From Gemmatimonadaceae bacterium (lineage in GTDB: Bacteria > Gemmatimonadota > Gemmatimonadetes > Gemmatimonadales > Gemmatimonadaceae), in NCBI GenBank assembly GCA_051859245.1, contig JBHYGA010000001.1:1661722-1725721 (forward strand): 64,000 nucleotides of DNA. The letters run 5' to 3'. A model generated the notes under the pieces. It was not told the origin of the DNA. It worked only from the letters and a program-made list of their open reading frames with translations, and ran no database searches. A program made the position numbers and the translations under genes. This document shows, in pieces, positions 11,727 to 22,447 of the stretch (positions are counted from its first letter, which is position 1; each line of letters opens with the position of its first letter).

Positions 11727-14234
11727 ATGCCCCGAGTTCTCGAACTACTTGCGCCGGCCGGCTCGCTTGACGCCGTCCGTGCTGCCGTCGCCAATGGCGC
11801 AGATGCCGTGTATCTCGGGGCCTCCCGATTCAACGCGCGCGATGATGGTGCGCAGCTCTCGATCGAGGAGCTGAAGAAAGCCTGCGCCATTGCACATCAG
11901 CGTGGCACGCGGGTCTACCTCACGTTCAACGTGCTGCTCAAAACGCACGAGTTGCACGAGGCGCTGCAGTATCTGGGCGAGTGCCTTGACGCCGGTATTG
12001 ACGCGGCCATCGTACAAGACCTCGGTGCGGTGCGGCTCATGCGCGAAGTGTATCCGCAACTCGAGGTGCACGGCTCCACGCAAATGACCGTGCATGATCC
12101 GAGCGGCGCACGTGTGATGGAGCAGCTTGGCGTGGAACGTGTGGTGCTCGCGCGCGAGAACACGCTGGCGGATATCCGCGCGATTCGTGATGCCGTGCCC
12201 GCGCTCGGACTGGAAACGTTTGTCCACGGTGCGCTGTGCATTTCGTACTCGGGCCAGTGTTTCATGTCGGGCATGATTTCGGAGCGATCCGCGAATCGCG
12301 GATCGTGTGCCCAGTCATGCCGCAAAGACTATGTGCTCACCGACGAGGCCAATGGCGCCGAGCTGGATCGTGGATACCTGATCTCGGCCAAGGATCTGGC
12401 GGCCCACGATCACCTTGCGGGCATTGCGGACGCTGGTGTGGGCTGCCTGAAAGTGGAAGGTCGCAAGAAGAAGCCCGAATACGTGGCCACGGTCACGCAG
12501 AGTTATCGCACGTGGCTGAATCGTCTCGCCCGAGGTGAGTTTGCACCGCCGCCAAGCGACGAGATTGAGCCGCTCGTACAAATTTTTTCGCGCGGCAACA
12601 CCGGCGGCATGTACGGCGGTCGAGCGGGGCGCGACTACATCACGCGTACGCAACCCGACAATCGCGGCGTCACACTCGGCGTGGTGATTTCGCGAGACGG
12701 CTACGACGTCACCGTTGACGTGCGCTCGCCAATCGCTGACGGTGACGGTCTCGGCTTTGAAGCACCGGTTGATGGTTCGTCGGCCAGCATTGGCTGCACG
12801 GTGAGCGAGGTTCGCACCCTCTACGTGCGCCAAGGCGTGCATCGGCAGACCTTCACCGCACGCGTTCGTGTCGACGCGGGCTGGCGTGTGGTTCGCACCA
12901 GCGACGCGACACTGCTCGCGGAGGCGCGGGAATCGTTTGCGGCCGTCACCGTGCCAGATCGCACGGGTCTCGTTCGCCTCGATATTCGGGCGTTTGGACA
13001 GCCTGGGGCGCCGCTCAAGCTCGTGGTAACCGACGGCACAAACACGGTGACCGTTCGCAGCGACATTCCGCTCGCGCTCGCCAGCAAGCGATCACTTGAT
13101 GTCGCGCAGTTGCGCGAACAACTCGGCCGACTCGGCGAAACACCGTTCGTGCTTGGTGCACTGCAAACAGACGGATTGCAGGACGGATGTTTTCTGCCTG
13201 TCAGCGCGCTGAATCATTTGCGTCAGGAAGCCGTGGCGCAGCTGCTAGAAGCGCGTACATGGGATCAGTCGAGCTCGCAGGCGGAGCGAGATACCGAACT
13301 ACACACCGCGATTGCCTCCGTACATCGTGCCCCGCTCGGCAGCGGTGGTGTACCGCGGCACGCGGATACGGACAACCCGTTCCGCCTCATTGCGACTGTC
13401 TTCACGCTTGAGCAAGCCCGTGAAGCCGCGCACGCCGGCGCCACCGAGATTGTCCTCGACCTCTTTTTGCGTCACCCAACGCCGCCGGTTACGCGCGTTC
13501 GTGCACTGCACGAGGAGCTCACGGCGCGCGGGATCGTGATGCGGTTGCGCACGCCAACGATCGTGCGCCCGGATGATCGCAAGCGTCTCGACAAGTGGCT
13601 GGCACTCGAGCTCCCGGTGTTAACCGGACATCTCGGTTTGATCGCTGAACTGTCGGCACGCGGCGTTGATGTTGTTGGCGACTATGCACTCAATGTGTTT
13701 AATCCACACACGGCCGACATCATGTTCGGTCTGGGTGCGAAAAGACTCACCACGAGCGTTGAACTCACCACAGAAGAAATCGGCGCGCTCACGGCCCCGT
13801 GGGAAGGTGCTGGTTTTGACGTGCTCGTGTGGGGCCGTCCGGAAGGCATGACGATCGAACACTGCGTGCTGTCCGCCGCATTTGATCGCGAACCCACCAC
13901 GTGTCGTGATTTGTGCGTGCAGAAACACACGAACGTCACGCTTACAGACCCCACGGGCTATGCGTTTCCGGTGGCCACCGATAGCGACTGTCGAAATCGA
14001 CTGCTGCATTCTCGTCCGATTGATGCGTCCGAGTTTGTGCCCACGCTCTGGGAACAGGGTGTGCGAGGCTTTCAGCTCGTGTTCAACATGCCCGGCGATC
14101 CGGTCGCGGACGTCATTGCGGCGTATCGCAGCGTGCTTGATGCACAGTCGAGCGGCGATACACCCGATCTGTCGCTGCCGCGATCACTTGTCCGCAATGC
14201 GTTCACGCGCGGACATTTTGCACGGGCTGTCTAA
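11727..14234 (+). CDS. U32 peptidase-family Fe-S hydroxylase with DUF3656 (RlhA-like, putative 23S rRNA ho5C2501 synthase)
   Basis: ELLAPAG, GADAVYLG, HGSTQM, ETFVHGALCISYSGQC, NRGSCAQSCR and LKVEGR. LREQLGRLGETPF marks DUF3656, followed by a second degenerate U32 domain. Confidence 0.85.
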   Translation: MPRVLELLAPAGSLDAVRAAVANGADAVYLGASRFNARDDGAQLSIEELKKACAIAHQRGTRVYLTFNVLLKTHELHEALQYLGECLDAGIDAAIVQDLGAVRLMREVYPQLEVHGSTQMTVHDPSGARVMEQLGVERVVLARENTLADIRAIRDAVPALGLETFVHGALCISYSGQCFMSGMISERSANRGSCAQSCRKDYVLTDEANGAELDRGYLISAKDLAAHDHLAGIADAGVGCLKVEGRKKKPEYVATVTQSYRTWLNRLARGEFAPPPSDEIEPLVQIFSRGNTGGMYGGRAGRDYITRTQPDNRGVTLGVVISRDGYDVTVDVRSPIADGDGLGFEAPVDGSSASIGCTVSEVRTLYVRQGVHRQTFTARVRVDAGWRVVRTSDATLLAEARESFAAVTVPDRTGLVRLDIRAFGQPGAPLKLVVTDGTNTVTVRSDIPLALASKRSLDVAQLREQLGRLGETPFVLGALQTDGLQDGCFLPVSALNHLRQEAVAQLLEARTWDQSSSQAERDTELHTAIASVHRAPLGSGGVPRHADTDNPFRLIATVFTLEQAREAAHAGATEIVLDLFLRHPTPPVTRVRALHEELTARGIVMRLRTPTIVRPDDRKRLDKWLALELPVLTGHLGLIAELSARGVDVVGDYALNVFNPHTADIMFGLGAKRLTTSVELTTEEIGALTAPWEGAGFDVLVWGRPEGMTIEHCVLSAAFDREPTTCRDLCVQKHTNVTLTDPTGYAFPVATDSDCRNRLLHSRPIDASEFVPTLWEQGVRGFQLVFNMPGDPVADVIAAYRSVLDAQSSGDTPDLSLPRSLVRNAFTRGHFARAV

Positions 14235-14282
14235 CGCGGGCGCCCCGGCTCGGCGTGCCTGAACCCACCTTCGAACCGCACC

Positions 14283-15461
14283 ATGCTGCACGCATTCGCT
14301 CGCACCCGGTACGCCATTGTTGTTGCCACGCTCGCTCTTGCAGCCTGTGACGGGAAGCAACCGGAATCGGCACCCAGTTCCGTGCGAACAGATTCAGCGG
14401 GTGTGAATATCGTGACCGGGCCGGCGGCTGATCAGCCAGTGGACTTCACGATGCGCGAGGTGTTCCGCATCGGTGGCAATGATTCCGGTCCAGGCAGTTT
14501 CTTTGCCGCGCACCCTTCGTTGGTTGGTACGGATGACGCAGGCCGTATCTACGTGCTGGATACGAGACAGCATCGCGTTGAGGTGTTCGATAGCGCAGGG
14601 AATCACGTGCGCATGATCGGACAGCGCGGCGGCGGCCCGGGCGAGATTCAGGACGCCTCGCAGCTGTACGTGCTCCCGAACGGGTCGATTGGCGTATCGG
14701 ACTATGGCAAGCGTGCCGTTGTCCGTTGGGCGTCTGACGGTTCGGTGTTGCCGGAGTTCGCACTGAGCTTCTTTCCCTCGGATCCTTTGCTGTTTTCCGG
14801 TGACACCCTCGTCTACGTGCACGAGGACTTCAATGAGCAGGAACGTGCGCAGGTGCTGCGTATTGCCAACCCGCGTGACACCGTGAGCATGACCGCGCTC
14901 ACGCGCGCGACCACCGGCATGATCATGTTCAGCTGCATTGGCCTCAACGTGCCACCAATGTTCTCATCGAGTGTGGTATGGTCTGGCAATGCCGATCGCC
15001 TCGCGTCCACACGACAAGCACCGTACGTGATCGATGTGTTTGAGCGTGGACGATTGGTGCGCAGCGTTCGTCGTCCGATCCCCACGCAAGCGCCAACCGT
15101 AAACGATGTGAATCGACTGCATCCCGAGGGCATGAAGATCGGGTTCAACGGCGGTGAGTGCGTTGTGCCGGCGGCAGAGCTGTTCGCCAAACAGGGCGTG
15201 GCGGAGCAGCTTCCTCTGGTCGAGACATTGAAGTTTGATCGGCAGGGGCGTTTGTGGGTGCAGCGCTTTGGCATTCGTGACGAGCCGCGTAACGTCGACA
15301 TCTTCGATCGCGACGGTGGCTACCTGGGCACGCTCGTAGGCAAACCAGCGCCGTTGGGATTTGTGGGCGATGACATCGCGCTCTTTCCGGAGGTGGACGA
15401 ACTCTCGGGCGTCGCGCGAATCGTGGCGTATCGACTTTCGCCAATACGCGCGCCGAATTGA
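14283..15461 (+). CDS. 6-bladed beta-propeller lipoprotein (NHL/TolB-like)
   Basis: Lipobox LAAC. GRIYVLD...VEVFDSAG...IGQRGGGPGE and DIFDRDGGYLG repeats. Confidence 0.75.
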   Translation: MLHAFARTRYAIVVATLALAACDGKQPESAPSSVRTDSAGVNIVTGPAADQPVDFTMREVFRIGGNDSGPGSFFAAHPSLVGTDDAGRIYVLDTRQHRVEVFDSAGNHVRMIGQRGGGPGEIQDASQLYVLPNGSIGVSDYGKRAVVRWASDGSVLPEFALSFFPSDPLLFSGDTLVYVHEDFNEQERAQVLRIANPRDTVSMTALTRATTGMIMFSCIGLNVPPMFSSSVVWSGNADRLASTRQAPYVIDVFERGRLVRSVRRPIPTQAPTVNDVNRLHPEGMKIGFNGGECVVPAAELFAKQGVAEQLPLVETLKFDRQGRLWVQRFGIRDEPRNVDIFDRDGGYLGTLVGKPAPLGFVGDDIALFPEVDELSGVARIVAYRLSPIRAPN

Positions 15462-15467
15462 TGTCGC

Positions 15468-17252
15468 ATGCCGACTGACGTACCGCTAGCATGCGGTATG
15501 CCGGTACCGCAACGCACGCACCTAAGCAGCCCTGCACTCGAAGTCGCGCGCCAAATGCTTGAGCGTCGCTTCGGGTACCCGGATTTTCGCAAGCCGCAGA
15601 AGCCCGCCATCCAGGCGATTCTCGACGGGCGCGACACGCTGGTGGTATTGCCAACCGGTGGCGGCAAGTCGTTGTGTTATCAGGTGCCGGCGCTGGTGCG
15701 AGGCGGACTCACAGTGGTCGTCTCTCCGCTGATCTCGCTCATGAAAGATCAGGTTGATGCGCTGGAGAAACGAGGCGTCGCCGCCGCGTTCATCAACAGT
15801 ACGCTTGGTGCAAGCGCCGTTGCCGATCGCCTCACGCGCGCACAGCGCGGCGAACTCACGCTGCTGTACCTCGCGCCGGAGCGCATCGAGGCCGGTCGTA
15901 CGGTCGATCGTTTGCGCGATATTGGCGTAGCGTTGCTGGCCGTCGACGAAGCCCATTGCATCAGCGAATGGGGACACGACTTTCGACCGAGTTATCGGCG
16001 CATCGGTCGCATTCGCCATGAGTTGGGCAACCCGCAAACTGTGGCGCTCACCGCCACCGCGACGCCCTCCGTCCGCGATGACATTGTGCGGCAGCTGCAG
16101 CTGCGCGATGCCGTCGTCGTGGTGGGTGGATTTGATCGCACCAACCTGTCATACAGCGTGTTGCCCACACGCTCGCAAGATGACAAGGACAAAGCCACCG
16201 TCGCGGCCATTCGCGAACACGCGGGCGCCGCCATCGTGTATGCGCCCACGCGCAAAGCCGTGGAGCGCGTTACGCATGTGCTCACACGTGCTCGGGTTGG
16301 CGCGGTGGCGTATCACGCTGGACTTGATGAAACACATCGTCGCCGCGCGCAGGACGCCTTCATGGGTGAAGGCACCCGCGTGATCGTTGCAACCAGCGCA
16401 TTTGGCATGGGCATCGACAAACCCGATGTCCGACTGGTGGTGCATCACGCGATGCCTGGCTCGCTCGAAGCGTATTACCAGGAAGCAGGTCGCGCCGGCC
16501 GAGACGGCAAAGATTCCGTGTGCATTCTGTTGCACGCGTATCCGGATCGTTTCACGCACGAACACTTCATTGAATCGGCGCACGCACCGCGGGCCGCCGT
16601 TGAACGTGTGTGGCGAACGCTGCGAGACCTCGCCGACCGCGATGGGTTCGCCGCACTTTCGTTGGAAGCGCTGCAGTCGCGCGTTCCGAAAGGCGTGAAC
16701 GAACGACACGTGGCGGCTTCGGTGCGCGTGCTCGCGCAGCAGGGCTGTCTTGTGGTTGAATCGCCCGCGCTCAATCGGGTGGTCGTGCGACTGATCGCGA
16801 CACCGGAGCGCATCGCCACGGAGCTGGATGGCGATCGATCCTTTGATCGAGAAGTGCTTCGATCGCTGTGGAGAGCCGTTGGGCCGCGCATTCAGGACGG
16901 CGCGTCCATCGACCTCGACGGCTTGCCACCAGGGCTTGGCGGATCCGTCGGTGTGATGCCGGTATTGGAACGCTTGCAGTCCGAACAGTTCGTCACCTTC
17001 ACACGGTGCGGCGGGGGATTCCGGCTCACCGGTGAAGCCATCGTCGAAAATCGTCTCCCCGTGGACTGGGACCAGCTGGCCACCCGTCGCGCTACTGATA
17101 TGGATCGGCTCGACGCGATGCAGCAGTACGCGCAGACACGTGCTTGCCGCCGGGCGTTTGTGCTCCGATACTTCGGCGACCCCGATGTGCGTTCCCAATG
17201 CGGCGCGTGTGATCGATGCGTCAACTTGCTTCTCCCGTCACGCACCAGATGA
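15468..17252 (+). CDS. recQ: RecQ family ATP-dependent DNA helicase
   Basis: PTGGGKSLCYQ, DEAHCISEWGHDFRP, ALTATAT, AFGMGIDKPDVR, YYQEAGRAGRDG and C-terminal CRR..YF...CGACDRC. Start codon uncertain. Confidence 0.93.
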   Translation: MPTDVPLACGMPVPQRTHLSSPALEVARQMLERRFGYPDFRKPQKPAIQAILDGRDTLVVLPTGGGKSLCYQVPALVRGGLTVVVSPLISLMKDQVDALEKRGVAAAFINSTLGASAVADRLTRAQRGELTLLYLAPERIEAGRTVDRLRDIGVALLAVDEAHCISEWGHDFRPSYRRIGRIRHELGNPQTVALTATATPSVRDDIVRQLQLRDAVVVVGGFDRTNLSYSVLPTRSQDDKDKATVAAIREHAGAAIVYAPTRKAVERVTHVLTRARVGAVAYHAGLDETHRRRAQDAFMGEGTRVIVATSAFGMGIDKPDVRLVVHHAMPGSLEAYYQEAGRAGRDGKDSVCILLHAYPDRFTHEHFIESAHAPRAAVERVWRTLRDLADRDGFAALSLEALQSRVPKGVNERHVAASVRVLAQQGCLVVESPALNRVVVRLIATPERIATELDGDRSFDREVLRSLWRAVGPRIQDGASIDLDGLPPGLGGSVGVMPVLERLQSEQFVTFTRCGGGFRLTGEAIVENRLPVDWDQLATRRATDMDRLDAMQQYAQTRACRRAFVLRYFGDPDVRSQCGACDRCVNLLLPSRTR

Positions 17253-19039
17253 TCCTGCGGCCAATCGCACAAAAAGTTGTGAGCGCAACGCGTAGCCTGA
17301 TCGGTGCTGCCGCGCTGCTCGCAATCGCCAGCTCGTGCAACACACGCGATCCGGAAAGCGCCGATATCATTCTGCTCAACGGTCACGTGTACACCATGAC
17401 GTGGCCAGACCCCGATGTGAATGGGGTACCGGATGATCGCGCACCGTTCAGCGACGGCAAGTGGCGCCCAGACGCTACCGCCATCGCGATTCGCGGCGAC
17501 CGCATCATGTGGGTGGGTCGCGACGATGGTGCGCTGTCGTGGCGCGGCGCCGCAACGCGACTCATCGACCTGCAGGGCGCGACGGTGCTGCCCGGGCTTC
17601 ATGATTCACACGGCCACGTGGGCGAACTCGGCGCCGCGCTCGCGAAAGTCAATTTGATTGGCGTCCGCACGCCGGCTGAGGCGGTGGCACGCGTGCGCGC
17701 GGTGGCCGATACCGCGCCGCCGGGCACGTGGATCCTGGGGCAGGGATGGGACGAGGGCGCGTGGGCCGACCGATATCCTCCCGCCGGCATGCTCACGCGC
17801 GCTTTCCCGGAACATCTCGTGTATTTGCGCAGCTTGCACGGGTTCGCCGGATGGGCCAACGACTCCGTGCTGGCGCGCGCCGGCATCACGGATTCCACAC
17901 CAGACCCAGTCGGTGGAATTATTCAGCGTTCGCGTGAAGGGGTTGCGAGCGGCATCGTACTCAATCGTGCGGTGGCGTTGATTGACGCGGTCGTTCCGCC
18001 GCTCACTGTCAATCAAGCGGCATCGAACATCACGCGCGCGCTCGATTCGCTGGCCCGGGCCGGCTACACCATGGTACACGATGCTGGTGTCGATGCGCTG
18101 CATCTGCAGGCGTACCAGGAACTCGCGAGCGCCGATGCGCTTCCGATTCGAGTGTACGCCATGCTTTCCGCGCGTGACACTGCACTCGCGCGGCTCTGGA
18201 CCGGTCGCGGACCAGACACGTCAACGGCGCAGAAGCTGACCATTCGCAGCGTCAAGGCGTACTACGATGGCGCGCTTGGATCGCGTGGCGCGCGGTTGCT
18301 CGACGACTACGCAGATCAGCCCGGACATCGCGGTGTCAGCGGATCGGCCTACGCGTTCGACACGACCGTGGTCGCGGCGCTCATGCGCGCCGGATTTCAG
18401 GCGTCAATACACGCCATCGGCGACGCCGGCAATCGGGAAACCATCGACTTTCTTGAACGCATCACGCAAAACGCGTCAAGTACACGATCACTTCGGCATC
18501 GTGTTGAACACGCACAAGTGCTCACGCCAACCGATGCGCGGCGGATGAATGAGTTGCAACTCATTGCCTCCATGCAACCACCGCACGCCGTAGAAGACAT
18601 GTCGTTCGCCGAAAAGCGACTCGGCCGCACCCGCGTACTCGGCGCATACGCATGGCGCACGCTGCGTCGCGCTGGCGCACGGCTTACGTTCGGCAGCGAC
18701 TTTCCGGGTTCAGGCATCTCCCCATGGTATGGGTTTTATGCTGCCACAACGAGACAGGATACCGCCGCAAAATCCGACGCCACGATCGTTCCTGCCGAAC
18801 GGCTGAGCGTCGAAGAGACGATTCGCGGGTATAGTATCTGGGCCGCGTACGCCACCTTCAACGAACGATCGTCGGGCAGCATTGTAGCCGGTCGGTGGGC
18901 GGATCTGACCATCCTGAATCGCGACCCGTTTTTGTCGCCGCCCGGTCGAGAGTGGCTCGACAGTGGCGCGCAGTACACCATCGTGGGTGGAAAAATTGTG
19001 TTTGCAGCAACCGCTGCGCCATCCGCGCCCGCTCGCTAG
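17249..19039 (+). CDS. Amidohydrolase family 3 (YtcJ-like) lipoprotein
   Basis: ATGA overlap with the recQ stop. [34 protein letters not shown] and FGSDFP. Confidence 0.88.
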   Translation: MILRPIAQKVVSATRSLIGAAALLAIASSCNTRDPESADIILLNGHVYTMTWPDPDVNGVPDDRAPFSDGKWRPDATAIAIRGDRIMWVGRDDGALSWRGAATRLIDLQGATVLPGLHDSHGHVGELGAALAKVNLIGVRTPAEAVARVRAVADTAPPGTWILGQGWDEGAWADRYPPAGMLTRAFPEHLVYLRSLHGFAGWANDSVLARAGITDSTPDPVGGIIQRSREGVASGIVLNRAVALIDAVVPPLTVNQAASNITRALDSLARAGYTMVHDAGVDALHLQAYQELASADALPIRVYAMLSARDTALARLWTGRGPDTSTAQKLTIRSVKAYYDGALGSRGARLLDDYADQPGHRGVSGSAYAFDTTVVAALMRAGFQASIHAIGDAGNRETIDFLERITQNASSTRSLRHRVEHAQVLTPTDARRMNELQLIASMQPPHAVEDMSFAEKRLGRTRVLGAYAWRTLRRAGARLTFGSDFPGSGISPWYGFYAATTRQDTAAKSDATIVPAERLSVEETIRGYSIWAAYATFNERSSGSIVAGRWADLTILNRDPFLSPPGREWLDSGAQYTIVGGKIVFAATAAPSAPAR

Positions 19040-19049
19040 GTTCCGGCCC

Positions 19050-20267
19050 ATGGATGACTCCCTTTACTTCTCAGATTCTCACCTTGCCGTGCGCGAGATG
19101 GTTCGCGCCTTCGCGCAAGAACAGGTAGCGCCGGTCGCGGCGCGTCACGACGCTGATTCCACGTTCCCGTGGGAGAATGTCAAACGCATGGGCGAGCTTG
19201 GCTTGCTCGGCATCCCATGGGCCGAAGAACTCGGTGGTGCCGGATTTGATACTATCGCGTTCATGATTGCGATTGAAGAATTGGCGCGCGTGGATGCGTC
19301 ACACAGCATCACGATCTCCGCGCACACCACACTCGGAACCTCGCCGATTGTCTACTTCGGCACACCGGAACAGCAGCAGAAATACGTCCCGCTACTGGCC
19401 AGCGGCAAAGTGCTCGGCGGTTTTGGCCTCACGGAAGAATCAGCCGGTAGTGATGCAGGTGGCACACGCACCACGGCCGTGAAAAAGAACGGGCACTATG
19501 TGCTCAACGGATCAAAGCGATTCATCACGCACGCCGGCGTGGGTGAAATCTTTGTGGTCACCGCCGTCACGGATCCCGAGAAGGGATCCAAAGGCATCTC
19601 GTCGTTCATTCTCACGAAGGACACCTGCGATCTCGACGCCTGCCGCACCCTCGGGATGGGGCACGACGAGACGCTGCCGAAAATGTCCGGTTTCACCTCG
19701 GGCAAGAAGGAAGACAAGCTTGGCTGGCGCGCGTCGGACACACGCGAGCTGTTGTTTGACAACGTGGAAGTGCCGGCGGAAAATCTGCTGGGCACTGAAG
19801 GGCTGGGCTTCATCAACTTCATGAAGACGCTCGACGCCGGCCGCATCGGTATTGCCGCGCTCTCCATTGGCATCGCGCAGGGCGCGCTGGATCAGGCGCT
19901 GCAGTATGCGTCCGTGCGCAAGCAGTTTGGCCAGCCGATCGCGTCGTTTCAGGGCATTCAGTTTCAGCTGTCCGATATGGCCACGGAGCTCGAGGCCGGC
20001 CGTCATCTCGTGTACCACGCGGCCTGGCTCTCGCAGAACGGCAAGCCGTTCGGCAAAGAGGCAGCCATGGCCAAGTTGTTCTGCTCCGAGCTCGCCATGC
20101 GCGCGACCATCAAGGCCGTGCAGGTCCACGGTGGCTACGGCTACACCAAGGATTATCCGGTGGAGCGCTACATGCGTGACGCCAAGATTGGCGAAATCGG
20201 AGAAGGCACCAGCGAAATTCAGCGCATTGTCATTGCGCGACACCTGCTCAAGGAACTGGCGGGCTGA
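19050..20267 (+). CDS. Acyl-CoA dehydrogenase (short/branched-chain type)
   Basis: [45 protein letters not shown] and [10 protein letters not shown]. Confidence 0.93.
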   Translation: MDDSLYFSDSHLAVREMVRAFAQEQVAPVAARHDADSTFPWENVKRMGELGLLGIPWAEELGGAGFDTIAFMIAIEELARVDASHSITISAHTTLGTSPIVYFGTPEQQQKYVPLLASGKVLGGFGLTEESAGSDAGGTRTTAVKKNGHYVLNGSKRFITHAGVGEIFVVTAVTDPEKGSKGISSFILTKDTCDLDACRTLGMGHDETLPKMSGFTSGKKEDKLGWRASDTRELLFDNVEVPAENLLGTEGLGFINFMKTLDAGRIGIAALSIGIAQGALDQALQYASVRKQFGQPIASFQGIQFQLSDMATELEAGRHLVYHAAWLSQNGKPFGKEAAMAKLFCSELAMRATIKAVQVHGGYGYTKDYPVERYMRDAKIGEIGEGTSEIQRIVIARHLLKELAG

Positions 20268-20274
20268 CGCTGCG

Positions 20275-20727
20275 TACCATACCTTACATGGTCCATCGGC
20301 TCGGTCATGGTGACCGGGCCGATGTGCTATCGGTCCCGAAGGCTCGCGCGACTCGCGGGCCCTCGTTGTTTCGACGGGAGTCGTTCGAGCCAGCGCGCAG
20401 CAAACGTCACCGTCGCACACCCCACAGCGCGTCCAGTGCAAGCATTGCGATCGCACGTTGTCACGTTCCTCACCGGTCCTCGTCGCCCCTGGCGCGCTGC
20501 ACAAGCGTCTGCCGCGGGAGAGTACGTCGCGCGTCCTTCGGGATCGCGTGGCCGCTCCGAGTGCCCGGTCGTGACCTGCGTGGACGATCGCGCGCCGTTG
20601 GCGGAGAGACCAAGTGCGTTCTCAGGCGTGGCGTATTCGGCGCCCCTGAACAGTACCTCGCCCTTTGCCCAACGTCAGGTTCGGGCGTGCGCGGAGTCGC
20701 CGCGCCCCCGACCGACGTGGACCCTCG
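20275..20727 (+). promoter_or_regulatory. Long structured 5' leader of rne/rng
   Basis: 460-bp intergenic stretch with several hairpins, including a 14-bp stem at 20294-20324, a stem at 20341-20391 and a cUUCGg tetraloop at 20534-20543. No convincing ORF. Confidence 0.55.
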
Positions 20728-22275
20728 ATGAAACGCGAGATTCTTGTCAACGCGAACCCACGGGAAACCCGGGTCGCAATCCTCGAGGACGACCTCCTCG
20801 TTGAACTGCTGGTCGACCGGCCCGATGCTCGGCGCATGGTTGGCGATGTCTACCTTGGCAAGGTCGAGGCGGTGCTCCCTGGTATTCAGGCCGCCTTCGT
20901 AAACATTGGAACGGATAAGGCCGCGTTTCTTCACGCGTCCGACATTGTCGTCCCCGACGATGACGCCGATCCGGACGATGACGATGAAGAAGATGACGCG
21001 CCCAGCGGTGGACGTCGTCCCAAAAAAGAACTGCCCCCGATTCAGGACGTGCTGAAGCGGGGACAAGACATCATCGTCCAGGTCTCCAAGGAACCGATCA
21101 GTACCAAGGGGCCGCGCGTTACCGCGCAGGTTTCGCTTGCCGGTCGCTTTCTCGTGTACATGCCATTCGCGAGCCGAGTCGGCGTGAGCCGGAAGATCAG
21201 TGAACGCAGTGAGCGGCAGCGGTTGCGGCAAATGCTCACGGAAATGTTGCCCGCCGATTCGGGCGGCGTCATTGTGCGCACGGTCAGTGAAGACGCTACG
21301 CCGGAAGTGTTTGAGCGCGAGTTGAACTCGCTCATTCAGGCGTGGAAACGCATCAAGCGCAAGAATCAGTTCTTGCGCGCGCCGGCGCTGATTCACCGTG
21401 AAACGAACGTCACGCGCGGCCTCGTGCGCGATGTCTTCTCGAGCAAGGTTGACGCCCTGACCGTCGACTCGCGTCAGGTGTTCAACGAGATCGTGGAGTA
21501 CCTCGGCGGTATCGCGCCCGATCTGGTGGATCGCGTGCGCATGTACGAAGAGCCGGTGCCGTTGTTCGACAAGTTCGACGTTGAAAAAGAGATTCGGGAT
21601 CTCTTCAAGCGGCGTTGTGATCTGCCAAGCGGTGGCTATCTCATTATCGAACAAACCGAAGCGCTCGTTTCCATTGACGTGAACTCGGGTCGCTACACGG
21701 GCAAGAAGGATCCCGAAAAAACGATCTACCGCACCAACAGCGAATCGGCCAAGGAAATCGCGCGTCAGCTCCGTCTGCGTGATGTGGGCGGCATCATTGT
21801 GTGCGACTTCATCGACATGGAGACGCAGGCAAATCGGGATCGTGTGTTGCAGGAATTGCGCACGCATCTCGGACGCGACCGCGCACGCACCAAAGCGTTT
21901 GCCGTGAGCGAGCTCGGCTTGATTGAAATGACACGTCAGCGCGTGCGTCAAAGTCACTGGCAGAGCATGACGGAGTCGTGCCCCACGTGCGCCGGCACCG
22001 GACGCGTGTTCACGCCCGAAACGATTGTGCGGCGGCTGGAGCGAGCGGTCACCCGAATGGGCGCCGAAGGCCGTAAGGAAGCCATGCTGCTGCGGATGCA
22101 TCCGGATATTGCGCTCCACGTGCTGGAAGAGGAGCGCGACCTGCTCAAGCGCCTGGAAAAGGTGGCCGGTTTCTCAGTAGAAATGCGGGACGACCCGCTG
22201 CTCAAGCCCGACGAGTACCGTCTGGTCGTCAAGGGCGCGGAGCGTGATGTGACCCAGCAGTACGCGTTGGCTTAG
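20728..22275 (+). CDS. rne: Ribonuclease E/G family endoribonuclease (catalytic domain only, RNase G length)
   Basis: S1 domain GDVYLGKV..V.PGIQAAFV, KEPISTKGPRVT, IDVNSG, RLRDVGGIIVCDFIDM and Zn-link CPTCAGTG. Confidence 0.93.
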   Translation: MKREILVNANPRETRVAILEDDLLVELLVDRPDARRMVGDVYLGKVEAVLPGIQAAFVNIGTDKAAFLHASDIVVPDDDADPDDDDEEDDAPSGGRRPKKELPPIQDVLKRGQDIIVQVSKEPISTKGPRVTAQVSLAGRFLVYMPFASRVGVSRKISERSERQRLRQMLTEMLPADSGGVIVRTVSEDATPEVFERELNSLIQAWKRIKRKNQFLRAPALIHRETNVTRGLVRDVFSSKVDALTVDSRQVFNEIVEYLGGIAPDLVDRVRMYEEPVPLFDKFDVEKEIRDLFKRRCDLPSGGYLIIEQTEALVSIDVNSGRYTGKKDPEKTIYRTNSESAKEIARQLRLRDVGGIIVCDFIDMETQANRDRVLQELRTHLGRDRARTKAFAVSELGLIEMTRQRVRQSHWQSMTESCPTCAGTGRVFTPETIVRRLERAVTRMGAEGRKEAMLLRMHPDIALHVLEEERDLLKRLEKVAGFSVEMRDDPLLKPDEYRLVVKGAERDVTQQYALA

Positions 22276-22318
22276 GTGACGCGCGTGGCCGCCTTAGGCC
22301 ACAAGCAGTTAGGCCACG

Positions 22319-22347
22319 TTGACAGGCGCCAGAAGTCGGGATAAGTT
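22319..22347 (+). promoter_or_regulatory. sigma70 promoter of rplU-rpmA
   Basis: TTGACA-N17-TAAGTT. Confidence 0.8.
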
Positions 22348-22447
22348 TCTGGGCTTGATATGGGCGCCGTCCGACTTTGCTCGGCGCCCCCTTACAGGGG
22401 TGCCTCGGCTTCGGGGCGCGATGCCCTCACGACAGTCTTTGAGTCCT

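Noticed and set aside
20268..20727. Possible RNase P RNA, tmRNA, SRP or 6S RNA in the long intergenic region
   Set aside because: The hallmarks (GAGGAAAGTCC, tRNA-like tmRNA ends, SRP GGAA/AGCAG loop) were not found. I kept it only as a putative rne leader.
20470..22119. 549-aa antisense ORF opposite rne (similar ones lie opposite sdhA 56871-58163, pepA 33206-34552, aroE/comF 46076-47464 and the acyl-CoA dehydrogenase)
   Set aside because: These are shadow ORFs expected from high GC and codon bias. They have no recognisable motifs and overlap well-supported genes.
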